DNA of 64,000 nucleotides from Cyanobacteriota bacterium (GCA_038326735.1 JBBQKH010000007.1:2937-66936), one strand, 5' to 3'; shown: positions 1 to 9,819, counted from the first letter of the stretch. Numbers and translations: made by a program. The notes: generated by a model from the letters alone, not told the origin.

Positions 1-514
1 GGAGTTGGCGCACCTCTGCTGAAGCGGCTGAAGCAGCCGCACCCGTAGGGCTAAAACCTGCCTCTAACACGGCAATATGTCTGGGAGGAATGCTCAGGTA
101 ACTCGCAATGGCCTGTAAGTACGATCGCTCCTGTTCGTCTATCACCCCATCAGAGGCAGACATCTCATACCCCAAACTAATCAGCAACAATCGCTCGGAT
201 GGAGCAAAGGCAACGGCTAGGGTCATCAATTCGTCGGGTTTATTGTGAAGATGATGCCACTCAATGCCGCCCATCATCATCTGGGCCAATTGCCGCACCT
301 CTTCATCCTTAGGTAAAAAGGCATCCAAGTTTTTCTGTAATCGCTGTTCTTCCTTGGGGGTCACGCTGCGATCGGCGAAGATCACGCCCAAAAGCACAGT
401 GACCAGCACCGCCATAAACACCATTACTGGCGTAATATCCTGCGATCGAAGCTTCTGTCCTGTGATCCGACCCAGCAACCCAACTCCAGCAGATTCAATC
501 AGAGAAATATTCAT
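1..514 (-). CDS. TerB-like domain protein, partial (C-terminus lies beyond the window edge)
   Basis: Absent from the ORF track because it runs off the window. My reverse-strand translation from ATG (514-512) reads MNISLIESAGVGLLGRITGQKLRSQDITPVMVFMAVLVTVLLGVIFADRSVTPKEEQRLQKNL...SASDGVIDEQERSYLQAIASYLSI. I checked the frame and found no in-frame stop down to position 2. The acidic D-x-x-E-x-x-x-L helix pairs resemble TerB/DjlA-N type domains. Confidence 0.4.
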   Translation of the reverse strand, partial: MNISLIESAGVGLLGRITGQKLRSQDITPVMVFMAVLVTVLLGVIFADRSVTPKEEQRLQKNLDAFLPKDEEVRQLAQMMMGGIEWHHLHNKPDELMTLAVAFAPSERLLLISLGYEMSASDGVIDEQERSYLQAIASYLSIPPRHIAVLEAGFSPTGAAASAASAEVRQL

Positions 515-1989
515 ACGTAAAACTAGGCATTTAGCTACTTAACTGACTTACCTAATAGAAAATTAATTCTATCAGATCGCTTAATCCAATTAGAGAATAG
601 ATATTCAACAATAATTATTGGTTTTGTCAGAAGCGGCTCATTAAGTCAGTGGCATTGAACTCCAACTGTAATTAGATGTACATCTTTTTCCTGCTGACTT
701 CGTCATAACTAAAATAGAAGTTAAGTACAACAGTGTTCTAGGGATATTTAATCCTAGAGGTATTAGATGTTAGTGGTCGTGATGGAAGATCAACTACTCT
801 CGCCGCACCAGATCTGCGCGACATGTCTCTTGGCTAATGAGGGCGGACAACCCCGCTGGGAACACGGAAAATTGCGCTGTGGGCAAGCAATCACCAACCT
901 CAGCCAGCAGATCCCCAACAATACGAGTGTCAGATGGGCTTCCGCATTGTTGAAATTGAGTCGTGAAGAATTTCAGCAGAGTCAGCCGCGATCGGAGCGA
1001 ATAAAGATTTGCTACAGAAAAACAATGTGGAGATTTGAGATCTTCGCACTGCTTTGTCATGTTGATTTAGTTGATTGACTGACTGACAGACTACTCAATA
1101 ATTATCCTCGACCTACTTTTTCTGGGAACGGAAATCGATCGCTCTTGAAAATAGTTTTTTCATCTCTATTTCATTGAACCTCCCAAGACTAAAAAGGGTC
1201 AAATGAGCAGTTATTAGGTGGAAGAACCTGTAATCCCATGCATAGTACCTAGAAAGCCATTTGAAAAGCCACTTGAGTACACCAACTTTACTGCCCTATA
1301 AAAAGAGGTTCTGAGATCCAATTCCTCTTGGATTGAGTTGGAGCATCTATATTTGTGAATTCTAATGGCTTGTCAGGCTAAATATGCTAACTAAGATAGT
1401 TCGGTCTTCATTAAAAACATTGTTGATCGCGGTTATTAATCTCGGTTTTTAGCAAAGGTCTAAGTCAAATCGATCACGTATCACAGTAACAAGAGAACTG
1501 ACTCAATAGCATGAGTAGCTGAACAACTATTGCAGGTGCGCCTGCATAGAATTCGGTTACACATTTTGACCTATTCAGTTTTAGTTGTGAATGATACATC
1601 TAATTAATAGAGATACGGATTTTTGCTCTAGTGTTCTTCATTTCATGAATCATGAACTATGATTTGGGAGCCATTAACCGAACCCTTGCTGTTATTAATT
1701 TACGCAAAACTAAATATGGAACAAGAATATTTTGGTGGGGTTGAAAGGAAATATTATTTTTCAGGAAGTTCTTCACCGAAAGTCCTATGGGAAGAACGGT
1801 TGGAACCTATTACCAATTAGTGAGTTAAGTTTTTCGGTGCGATCGATCGTATCAATAGAGGTGGCAAATCCAATTCATAACAAACGCTGATTCTGTTAGT
1901 TAAGACACCAAACTAGAGACTCCACTTAGTTGGGTGGGGCAAATTTTATATAGGCATTGATGAGCATAATCTAATCAACAAGAGGTCGT

Positions 1990-3138
1990 ATGAATCAGGG
2001 CAATGTACTCTTATATTCACCGGGTTTAGGGTACATCAATCGTGGTGGAGAAACGTTTACTCGCAAACTCCATAAAGTGTTGACTCAGAAACAAGATCTT
2101 CAGGTAACCTTGTTTCAAGGCGCAGGTAAATTAATAGAGGGGGCTACCAAAGTTTGGGCACCTAGACGTAATGCAAGGTTCTACGATTGCCGTCTATTCA
2201 GTGGATTTAAACCCAAAAGCTATTGGATTGAAAGTCTTATTTTTAGTCTTCCTTTGGCGCTACATTGCTATAGCCAGCCCTGTGACATTATCCACTTTAA
2301 TGAAAGTGTTCCTGCCAATGTCTTGTATCATTTGCGACGGCGTTTCGGGGGCCGGTTTCGGCTCCTGTTGTGTAATGGTGCGCCCTTACTACCGATGCAT
2401 TACAAACGCTATGACTATGTGCAAACTTTGACTCCTACTTACTATCAAGAAGCGCTGGAATCAGGCTATCCCAAGGAAAATCTTTTCCTAGTGACTCATG
2501 GATTAGATTGCCAACTCTTTGCCAAACAGCTAGATTCTCAGACGATCGCCCTGAAGCGCCAAGCCTGGAATTTACCCACTGACCGATCGCTCATTCTCTC
2601 TGTGGGAGCCGTCAACACAGGTCATAAGCGCATGGACTGGCTAGTAACAGAATTCTCGAAGCTTGACCCTAAAAAATTTTTCCTGTGGATAGTAGGTCAA
2701 CCCGAAGCGGAGACACAAACTGTGAAGGACTTGGCAGCAGCAATGCTCAAGCCAGGCTCCTATACATTTGATGTTGTGCCCTACGCACGGATGCCAGAGG
2801 TTTACGCAATTGCAGATTACTTTGCTATGTGCAGCCTGAAAGAAGGATTTGGGCTAGTCTACATCGAAGCTATGGCAGCAGGACTTCCGACGATCGCCCA
2901 CCGTACTCTTAATACGGAGTGGATTTTGGGTATGGACAATCGGGGATTGATTAATATGGGTCGCCCGGACACTTTACGAGATCAAGTTCTTTACTTTGAG
3001 GCGCATCCCCAGGAACGCAGGCAGCAAGCAAGCTGGAATCAAGTACATGCTAGAGAGAAATTTGACTGGAGTTCTCTGTATGATCAATATTTATGGATGT
3101 ACCAGCAGATGCTGGCTAAACCAGCTAGCAGCCGTTAA
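1990..3138 (+). CDS. glycosyltransferase, GT-B fold (family 4-like)
   Basis: 382-aa ORF with an ATG start. The C-terminal half carries the GT4-type motif LKEGFGLVYIEAMAAGLPTIAH. Confidence 0.7.
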   Translation: MNQGNVLLYSPGLGYINRGGETFTRKLHKVLTQKQDLQVTLFQGAGKLIEGATKVWAPRRNARFYDCRLFSGFKPKSYWIESLIFSLPLALHCYSQPCDIIHFNESVPANVLYHLRRRFGGRFRLLLCNGAPLLPMHYKRYDYVQTLTPTYYQEALESGYPKENLFLVTHGLDCQLFAKQLDSQTIALKRQAWNLPTDRSLILSVGAVNTGHKRMDWLVTEFSKLDPKKFFLWIVGQPEAETQTVKDLAAAMLKPGSYTFDVVPYARMPEVYAIADYFAMCSLKEGFGLVYIEAMAAGLPTIAHRTLNTEWILGMDNRGLINMGRPDTLRDQVLYFEAHPQERRQQASWNQVHAREKFDWSSLYDQYLWMYQQMLAKPASSR

Positions 3139-3214
3139 GCAGCGCTCCCGATATTGATAGATTAAGTTATCCTGAAGGCTATGAGTTGACGATCGTTTTC
3201 AAGGAGAGGCGACA

Positions 3215-3736
3215 ATGGTCTGGCGTGGCTCTAATACCTTACAAGATCGGATTTTTTCCTGCCTGGTCTACATTGTGCCCATGTTGGATCTATTGATTCA
3301 TGGATTTGCCGGGCCCCTATTCCAGATGTTGCCCTTCCTGAATATTCTGTTTCTCCCCGTCATACTTGTATTGCCTTTTTATGCCTTTAACTATCGCGGC
3401 TTCCCACTCGTCAGCTTTGCCATATTTTTCGGGTTGTTCATAGGGGTAGTTAGAAATTCCAAGCTGAGTCATTTCCTGCGTTTTCACACAATGCAAGCCC
3501 TCTTGCTTTCCATTTTTGTGTTCCTGTGTGGTGCCCTTATTGACCTACTTGGCTTCACCAGAGCCTTGATTAGTATCCCCACATCTGTTGTTGAGGGATT
3601 ATTCTGGCAGTCGATCATGACCCTGATCTTCATTGTGGTGTTGGGCGCAGTAATCTACTCCATTATCCAGGCAGTGAAGGGGTTGTACGCTGAAATGCCT
3701 GTGATTTCTAACGCAGTCTATCGTATTGTGGGCTGA
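3215..3736 (+). CDS. Tic20 family membrane protein
   Basis: 173 aa with about four hydrophobic helices. VVRNSKLSHFLRFHTMQALLL matches the conserved Tic20 segment (plant Tic20 ...NREWPHFFRFHLMMGMLLE, recalled from memory). Confidence 0.6.
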   Translation: MVWRGSNTLQDRIFSCLVYIVPMLDLLIHGFAGPLFQMLPFLNILFLPVILVLPFYAFNYRGFPLVSFAIFFGLFIGVVRNSKLSHFLRFHTMQALLLSIFVFLCGALIDLLGFTRALISIPTSVVEGLFWQSIMTLIFIVVLGAVIYSIIQAVKGLYAEMPVISNAVYRIVG

Positions 3737-4511
3737 GATGACGTGTGGCAACGGAGTTATCCAGTCGCCCAATGCCTTCAATTTCCACCACCACAGAATC
3801 CCCTACTTGCAGCGCTCCGACTCCCTCTGGAGTTCCCGTTAACACCACATCCCCCGGCAGCAGGGTCATAATTTGACTGATGTAGGACACTAGCACCTCT
3901 GGAGCAAACACCATCTGGTCGATCGTGGCCGATTGCACCGGATTTGGCCCATTGTTCAAAAAGGTTTGTAGGCGGGCCCCAGGACTCAGTTCACGGACAA
4001 TCCACGGGCCCAAAGGACAGAAGGTATCAAACCCCTTAGCCCGTGTCCACTGGTTATCCTGTTGTTGCAAATCTCTAGCAGTGATGTCGTTGGCGATCGT
4101 GTAACCCCAAATTTTTGTCTGGGCCTGTTCTGGGGCACAATCGGCGCACCGATCGCCAATCACCAGCGCCAATTCCCCCTCATAATCCACGCGCTGCGAT
4201 TGCGGGGGGTAGTGAATCTCGCCGCCCACCTCAAGCAGGGTGGTAGGCGGTTTGAGAAACAGCAAGGGCTGCTGGGGAACCGCTCCGCCCATTTCCGCCG
4301 CGTGGCTGGCGTAGTTTCTGCCTACGGCTACGATCTTGGAAGGTGAACAGGGAGCCAAGAGTTGATAGCGTTCTGGTTCTAGGTGCAAGGCTGTGGGCTG
4401 ACCTTTGAGCCAGGGTGGAGCATCCAGCACCTGCACTGATCGACTCAACAGCAACAGACCATAGTAAATCTGCCCCTCTACTGACCGGACTCGAACATAG
4501 CGCTGTGCCAT
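3708..4511 (-). CDS. fumarylacetoacetate hydrolase (FAH) family protein
   Basis: Carries FAH-family motifs YEGELALVIG, ANDITARDLQ, WTRAKGFDTFCPLGPW and LLPGDVVLTGTPEGVG. Confidence 0.8.
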   Translation of the reverse strand: MAQRYVRVRSVEGQIYYGLLLLSRSVQVLDAPPWLKGQPTALHLEPERYQLLAPCSPSKIVAVGRNYASHAAEMGGAVPQQPLLFLKPPTTLLEVGGEIHYPPQSQRVDYEGELALVIGDRCADCAPEQAQTKIWGYTIANDITARDLQQQDNQWTRAKGFDTFCPLGPWIVRELSPGARLQTFLNNGPNPVQSATIDQMVFAPEVLVSYISQIMTLLPGDVVLTGTPEGVGALQVGDSVVVEIEGIGRLDNSVATRHLSPQYDRLR

Positions 4512-4734
4512 AGCATTGCTGAGTATCTTTTAAGAGGATAAAAAAGTAAGAGGGGGATAAAAAAATAAGGAGGGGAGGTAAAAATCGCAGCGATCGATCG
4601 TCAACCTATGTTCTGAATTTTGCACCAAAGGTTTTGCTTTTGAACTAAGAGAGACTAGAATAGCAGACTGGTATAAGATTATAAGTCCTTGCTTCTACAT
4701 TAGAAGCCCTGCCGTCCACAAGGAAAATTCTGTC

Positions 4735-5061
4735 ATGATGAGCTACCTTTACGAAACGATGTACATTTTGCGTCCTGATCTGGGCGAAGAACTCGTTGAT
4801 CAGACGATCGCCAAGTATCAAACTATTCTGCGCGATAACGAAGCAGAAATTCTGGAAACCCAGCACCGGGGCAAACGCCGCCTCGCCTATGAAATCGGCA
4901 AGCACCGGGAAGGGGTTTACGTTCAGATGAATTACACAGGTGGGGGAAAATTAGTCGCCCTTGTAGAGCGGGCCATGCGGCTCAGCGATGAGGTCATCCG
5001 CTATCTGACTATTAAGGTAGAAATTCCCAAGGAACCAGAAGTCGTTGTGGATGAGGAGTAG
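4735..5061 (+). CDS. rpsF: 30S ribosomal protein S6
   Basis: [14 protein letters not shown]...[11 protein letters not shown]...EGVYVQMNY is the canonical bS6 sequence pattern. Confidence 0.9.
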   Translation: MMSYLYETMYILRPDLGEELVDQTIAKYQTILRDNEAEILETQHRGKRRLAYEIGKHREGVYVQMNYTGGGKLVALVERAMRLSDEVIRYLTIKVEIPKEPEVVVDEE

Positions 5062-5132
5062 ATAGCATCCAGGTACTTCTACACGCCCCCGAAAAACTGG
5101 GCATAATTGAAGGTAGGTAATTCCCTACACAC

Positions 5133-6125
5133 ATGAAGCTCTCTAAGAAAACCCTGGATCAGCGATCGGAACACCTCTACGATGTCATCATCGTTGGAGG
5201 CGGCATGGGCGGACTGTCAGCCGCAATTTATTTGCAACGGTACCGCCTCTCCTGTTTAGTCATTGAAAAAGGGCGGGGGCGATCGTTCTGGATGCAGGAC
5301 ACCCGCAACTACCTCGGTTTGCCTCCAACCACTCCCGGCAGAACCATTCTGCAACAAGGTCAAGACTACCTTCAGGACTTGCAGGGCGACTATCTTCCCG
5401 GTTTTGTTGAAGATGTGCGAGATGAGGGCGAAACCTTTGCTGTCAAAGTAAAGGTGGGCAAAAAAGATAGCACTTACCCTGTACTTCGCTCCAAATACCT
5501 GATTGCAGCCAGCGGCATTATTGACAAGTTGCCCCAGCTACCAGACATGCAGAATGTCTACGACTACGCTGGGCACAATCTCCATGTCTGCTTAATTTGT
5601 GATGGCTATGAAATTGCGGACAAGCAGTGCGGGCTGTTTCCTAGCTCTGAGGCTGCAATCAATACGGCATTTGTCTTAAACTGGTTCACTCCCTACATCA
5701 CCGTGTTCACAATGGGGCTGTTTGAAGTGGGAGATGAAATGCGCCAGAAGCTCAAAGATCATGGTTATCCCCTGATTGAGGCTCCGATTAAACGCTTTAT
5801 GGGTCATCATCACGAAATGACCGGGGTAGAACTGGAGGATTCTTCAACGATTTCCTTGGACGTGGGTCTCATTGCCATGGGGTCTCACTACCACAGTGAG
5901 TACCTGCGAGGACTGGATTTAGAGTGGAAGGGAAATAATCTCATCACGGACTCAGCCACCTGTCGCACCTCTCATCCTCGCCTCTTTGCTGTTGGAGATT
6001 TAAAAGACGGGATCAATCAGGTGTCAATTGCTGTCGCAGATGGTACATTAGCTGCAACAGCAATCTGGCGAGAGATCCGGCGGCAATCCCCTCCTCGTCG
6101 ATGGCAGGAAAACCTTAGCGGTTGA
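5133..6125 (+). CDS. thioredoxin-reductase-like flavoprotein disulfide oxidoreductase with a degenerate NADPH site
   Basis: FAD fingerprint IIVGGGMGGLSAA, redox CxxC in HVCLICDG, and C-terminal LFAVGD are present. Where TrxB has GGGNSA, this protein reads CGLFPSSEAAINTA. Confidence 0.7.
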   Translation: MKLSKKTLDQRSEHLYDVIIVGGGMGGLSAAIYLQRYRLSCLVIEKGRGRSFWMQDTRNYLGLPPTTPGRTILQQGQDYLQDLQGDYLPGFVEDVRDEGETFAVKVKVGKKDSTYPVLRSKYLIAASGIIDKLPQLPDMQNVYDYAGHNLHVCLICDGYEIADKQCGLFPSSEAAINTAFVLNWFTPYITVFTMGLFEVGDEMRQKLKDHGYPLIEAPIKRFMGHHHEMTGVELEDSSTISLDVGLIAMGSHYHSEYLRGLDLEWKGNNLITDSATCRTSHPRLFAVGDLKDGINQVSIAVADGTLAATAIWREIRRQSPPRRWQENLSG

Positions 6126-6378
6126 CTCCAAGAATCGTGGATCAAATAACCTGTTAACGTGGTCGGTTTACGGCTCAGCCATTTTCCCCACCCTCTATCT
6201 CTTCTCTCTGGAGAAAAAGCCAACAAGGCTTTGCCTCTCTCTGGGGAGGATGTTGTGATGAGGGACACGTCAGTTTTATTTAATCTACGGTTCAAAGTTT
6301 AATTCTGGTGAATTGGGTTGACGCAGATTAAGGTGTGTTAGTCCAGTGCCACGGAATCTTGGCTAGTTTCTACCGCTA

Positions 6379-6969
6379 GTGGCGATCGGTGATATAAGGA
6401 CAGTAAAAAATGGAGTGGTGACCGTGACTCAACCTGATACGTTCAGCTTGCAAGAATTGCAAAAGGAAGTGGCTCGTCTTCGTGAAGAGCTGCAAATGCG
6501 AGACCAGTTGGTGCAGCAACTTTCCCAAGAGTTATTTCGCTTGGTGAAGGGTAATACCGGTTTTATGCCCAACCCAGAGATGTCAGAGCGCCATTTAGCT
6601 GAGATGCGATCGTTACGAGAGCAACTCCAGAATGTGGAGCAGCAGGTGACGTTTTATCAAGAGCAAATTACTAGCCGCGATACAGAGATTTACCAATTGC
6701 GGCAGACTGTGCAGGAGCTAACCGATCGCTCTCGCATGTTGGAGCAGGTTGTTCAGGAGTTGCCCCAGGTCTATCGGCAAAAATTCTCTGAGCGCATGGT
6801 GCCAGTGAAGGAAAAGGTATCCCTACTGCAACGGGAAAATCGTCAACTCCACGCAGAGCTACAAAGTGTTAGCTATCGGTTGGCGTTGAGAAGCCGTCGT
6901 GCTGTTGAGCCTGATCTGCCCAGCTTCCCACGCACCGGAGCATCTTTGCCTAACTTCAAAAATGTCTGA
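6379..6969 (+). CDS. coiled-coil protein, function unknown
   Basis: 196 aa with a GTG start and heptad-rich sequence (LQELQKEVARLREELQMRDQLVQQL...). Its stop overlaps the next start (ATGTCTGA at 6962-6969). Confidence 0.45.
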   Translation: MAIGDIRTVKNGVVTVTQPDTFSLQELQKEVARLREELQMRDQLVQQLSQELFRLVKGNTGFMPNPEMSERHLAEMRSLREQLQNVEQQVTFYQEQITSRDTEIYQLRQTVQELTDRSRMLEQVVQELPQVYRQKFSERMVPVKEKVSLLQRENRQLHAELQSVSYRLALRSRRAVEPDLPSFPRTGASLPNFKNV

Positions 6970-7747
6970 GGTTTGGATTGTGGTGGATGAAGCCGACCTT
7001 GCTTCTCCTACCGCAACTCAAGGGTTAAATCAGATGGTTTCTGCGTTGAAGCACGCCATCACTGACTCTGCATCTACCACTATTTCTCCGGTGATTACTG
7101 AACCCCAATCGCCGATCGCCGTGCAGGTGGTGACAACGAAGCAATTAATTTCCCCTGAGTTTAGCTCTGGTGCGCGATCGAACGCTGTGTTGTGTCCCCT
7201 CACCTTGAATTTGCCACCCTCCTGGGCATTTGCAGAAGCCGCACTCTATCGTGCTTGCCAAGATGTCGCAGGTCTGCGCCAGCGAGTGGCGCAAACTCCA
7301 CCCTTCAAAACAGGGTCAGGTCATTTTTGGCTCCCTGTGGTGCTGACAGCTAAGGGCCCGCTTTATGCCGAGGTGATCGCCCGATCGCCGTCCAGGTCTA
7401 CTCTGGAACCCAGCACTGATTTATTTACCCAGTCTTATACGCAGCCGCTCCACCTGTCGGATGCTTTGCGCCAACCGCTTTATCAATTGGCGCACTGGTT
7501 GCTGAAGTCCTTGGCGGCTCCGCCTGCGGTTTACCTGATGCAGTTTGGTATCCAGGAGTCCGATCGCCCAACGGGTCTCGCCACTGGACAGTCCATTTGC
7601 TTCGATCGCCTGTTTCCCTTTCCCGCTGTGCCATCGATCGCCAGCTTGGGCGTGCAAGTGCCGGATCTCTTCACCTGTCACTGGCGCTGCATAACCATGC
7701 AGCCAATTTTGGAGTTGATGATTCGCTCCTCTGTAACCACGGACTGA
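6962..7747 (+). CDS. hypothetical protein
   Basis: I chose the ATG at 6962 inside track ORF 6899..7747. It overlaps the upstream stop, which suggests translational coupling. I recognise no motif. Confidence 0.4.
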   Translation: MSEVWIVVDEADLASPTATQGLNQMVSALKHAITDSASTTISPVITEPQSPIAVQVVTTKQLISPEFSSGARSNAVLCPLTLNLPPSWAFAEAALYRACQDVAGLRQRVAQTPPFKTGSGHFWLPVVLTAKGPLYAEVIARSPSRSTLEPSTDLFTQSYTQPLHLSDALRQPLYQLAHWLLKSLAAPPAVYLMQFGIQESDRPTGLATGQSICFDRLFPFPAVPSIASLGVQVPDLFTCHWRCITMQPILELMIRSSVTTD

Positions 7748-7988
7748 GGCGTTGCTGGGTTTTGAGCCGTTGGTGTAGCCTCTCTTACAGGGAATCGCTG
7801 ACCTAGAATAGGTCTTCCTGGCAGCTTCGCAGAAACGGGTGCAGGACAAATCGCATTAAATTAGGAACAGAGCTTGGGGCAGGGATCTCAGTAGATAGTG
7901 CTTCAGGTTTGTTCAGAAAGCATTTGCTTCACAGTATTAACGATCGCATTACGGATCATCAATTCATTAAATTCATGATCCTTAGCTC

Positions 7989-8167
7989 AATAGTCCGGAC
8001 ATTTTTGCGATAGCTAACCCTCATCCCCCAACCCCTTCTCCCGTTCTGGGAGAAGGGGAGCCGGATTGAAATCCCTCTCCCCTCTTGGGAGAGGGATTTA
8101 GGGTGAGGGTCTATACTGGCTGTACAACAGGGTTTCCAGCACTTTCACAAAAACTGTCCGAAGTATT
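7989..8167 (+). mobile_element. MITE type 1a, copy A (179 bp)
   Basis: Imperfect terminal inverted repeats aatagtccggacatttttg / caaaaactgtccgaagtatt. The central core has two hairpins (ccccttctccc-N5-gggagaagggg and aatccctctccc-N5-gggagagggatt). Related copies lie at 9165, 11418, 15877 and 20471. Confidence 0.8.
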
Positions 8168-8322
8168 GTTAGTTGGGGTTAGATTTTTTACACAGTAGAG
8201 CTACGGTTACGGGCAGTACTAAGCCAAATTACTGAGAAAGTCTGCGTAGTTGGCGGATGTACTTTTCAGTAATTTCATCTAAATATAGATATAGTAATTT
8301 ATTTCCTTTACAGAGCTGAGCC

Positions 8323-9078
8323 ATGAAATTCACTATACCTGTTTCACTTATGTCAACGGCTGCGATCGTCCTGACCACAGGGCTATTTGCCGCCTCAGCC
8401 AACGCCCTGACCTTAGGCAGTTCCTCTGGCACTTGGAGCAATACGATCGGTGGGAGCAACATCAGCTACGGCACAGTCGGCAGCGAAAGCCAGGTGCGTT
8501 GGGGAGTTGCCACTCCTAACATTGCCACTCCTAACAGCGGTTTGGGCTTTACTGGCGTTGGTTCTTCTTCCTTTGGCATTGGCAGCATCTTCCAAGTCGG
8601 TACACTCCGTCACTTTAACAACCCGGTGCAAGGCGGAACGGCTGCATCTTCTGTGAATTTAACGACAGTATTGAACTTCTCCAACGTGGGCGGCTCACCT
8701 TTGAGCAAATCCTTCGACTTCAACTTTGGGATTGATGAAACTCCCAACTCTGGAGATGTGGCCAATTGTCCCTATGTCAGCACCATTCCCTGCTCTGACA
8801 AGATTTTCATTCCCACCGCTTTCCCCACTGACACGTTTACGATCGGCAACACTGCCTATACCTTACAATTGTTGGGCTTCAGCAAAACGGTGGGCGGGTC
8901 TATTGTGAACAGCTTTATCTCTGATGAAAGCCAGACTAACACCGCTTACCTTTACGGTAAAATTACTGCTGCCCCAGTTAGTAAAGATGTGCCTGAGCCA
9001 ACAACTCTAGCGGGTGTTTCTCTGCTGGGTGCTTATCTGCTAACTCAGGGTCGCAAGCTCAAGGTAAAAGCAGCTTAG
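8323..9078 (+). CDS. PEP-CTERM sorting-domain secreted protein
   Basis: N-terminal signal peptide MKFTIPVSLMSTAAIVLTTGLFAASANA. The C-terminal VPEPTTLAGVSLLGAYLL followed by basic TQGRKLKVK is a PEP-CTERM anchor. Confidence 0.8.
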   Translation: MKFTIPVSLMSTAAIVLTTGLFAASANALTLGSSSGTWSNTIGGSNISYGTVGSESQVRWGVATPNIATPNSGLGFTGVGSSSFGIGSIFQVGTLRHFNNPVQGGTAASSVNLTTVLNFSNVGGSPLSKSFDFNFGIDETPNSGDVANCPYVSTIPCSDKIFIPTAFPTDTFTIGNTAYTLQLLGFSKTVGGSIVNSFISDESQTNTAYLYGKITAAPVSKDVPEPTTLAGVSLLGAYLLTQGRKLKVKAA

Positions 9079-9164
9079 GCTTTCTAGCCTTACAAGGGTG
9101 ATCTACAAATCTAAACTAAGTCGTTTGATGGGCAACTCTCATAAAACAGGAGTTGTCCATCACA

Positions 9165-9709
9165 ACAGTTAGGACATTTTTGCGATCGCTAGCCCTCATC
9201 CCCCAACCCCGTCTCCCAGAACGGGAGGAGGGGAGCCGGATTGAAGTCCCTCTCCCCTCTTGGGCTTGTCATACCAACATTTTTGAGAAATCTTCGATTT
9301 CTCAAAAATGTAAATTCTAACCCCCAGACTTTTGTTGCTCATTGTCAATAAACAATAACTGTTGAGAATAAGGTCAAACTTCAGACGCTTCGTTGTGTAA
9401 GAGGCTGTCTGAGAAAGCCCGAATTGGTGCCCGAACCGCCCCCCAGTCCCCCAATTCTGGGGGGTTCTGAGATCGAAGTCCCCCAGAATTGGGGCCTTAA
9501 AGCCTTTCAGGCATATATGAAAAGGGGGCAAGTGCAAGGTCTATGGCATTTTTCAGACACCCTCTAAGCTGTTTAAAAGATGTTGGTAATGACAAGCCTC
9601 TTGGGAGAGGGATTTAGGCTTCGACGTGAGCGCTCAGCCGAACGGTGAGGGTCTATACTGGCTGTACAACAGTGTTTCCAACACCTCCACGAAAACTGTC
9701 CGAAGTATT
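9165..9709 (+). mobile_element. MITE type 1a, copy B, disrupted by two secondary insertions
   Basis: Same arms and core as copy A, with a slightly eroded left end (gttaggacatttttgcg). The core is interrupted at 9265-9596 by another element and at about 9619-9644 by a 26-bp palindromic insert (cttcgacgtgagcgctcagccgaacg). Confidence 0.8.
9265..9596. mobile_element. MITE type 3 (332 bp) nested inside MITE copy B
   Basis: Terminal inverted repeats cttgtcataccaacat / atgttggtaatgacaag. It is flanked by a direct 9-bp duplication cctcttggg (9256-9264 and 9597-9605) of the host MITE sequence. Track ORF 9196..9537 lies inside it and is not credible. Confidence 0.8.
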
Positions 9710-9819
9710 AACTTCTGTCATTTCCGTAAATTTGCCTGGGTTACTGACACTTTCTTCTCAATCATCCACAATGGACAAAACGTAACAACCTGGGGATCAC
9801 CCAACAGGGTAAAAAATTC

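Noticed and set aside
264-542. Track ORF of 92 aa on the plus strand
   Set aside because: It is antisense to the longer open-ended TerB-like frame (1-514, minus strand), which has a sensible start and domain-like sequence. The plus-strand product is Cys/Ser/Thr-rich and of low plausibility.
767-1078. Two mutually antisense ORFs (767..1078 plus strand, 794..1060 minus strand)
   Set aside because: Neither has a motif I recognise, a convincing ribosome-binding site, or a clear advantage over the other. I cannot support either as a gene without a homology search.
3708-3736. 29-bp convergent overlap of the Tic20 and FAH gene ends
   Set aside because: It is probably trivial. The FAH ORF has a tail of about 20 aa beyond the conserved IEGIG end, so its real stop or functional end may make the overlap irrelevant.
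9196-9537. 113-aa ORF on the minus strand
   Set aside because: It lies entirely within the nested MITEs (copy B plus the 332-bp insert). Its peptide is a translation of the hairpin repeats (PPPVLGDGVGG etc.).
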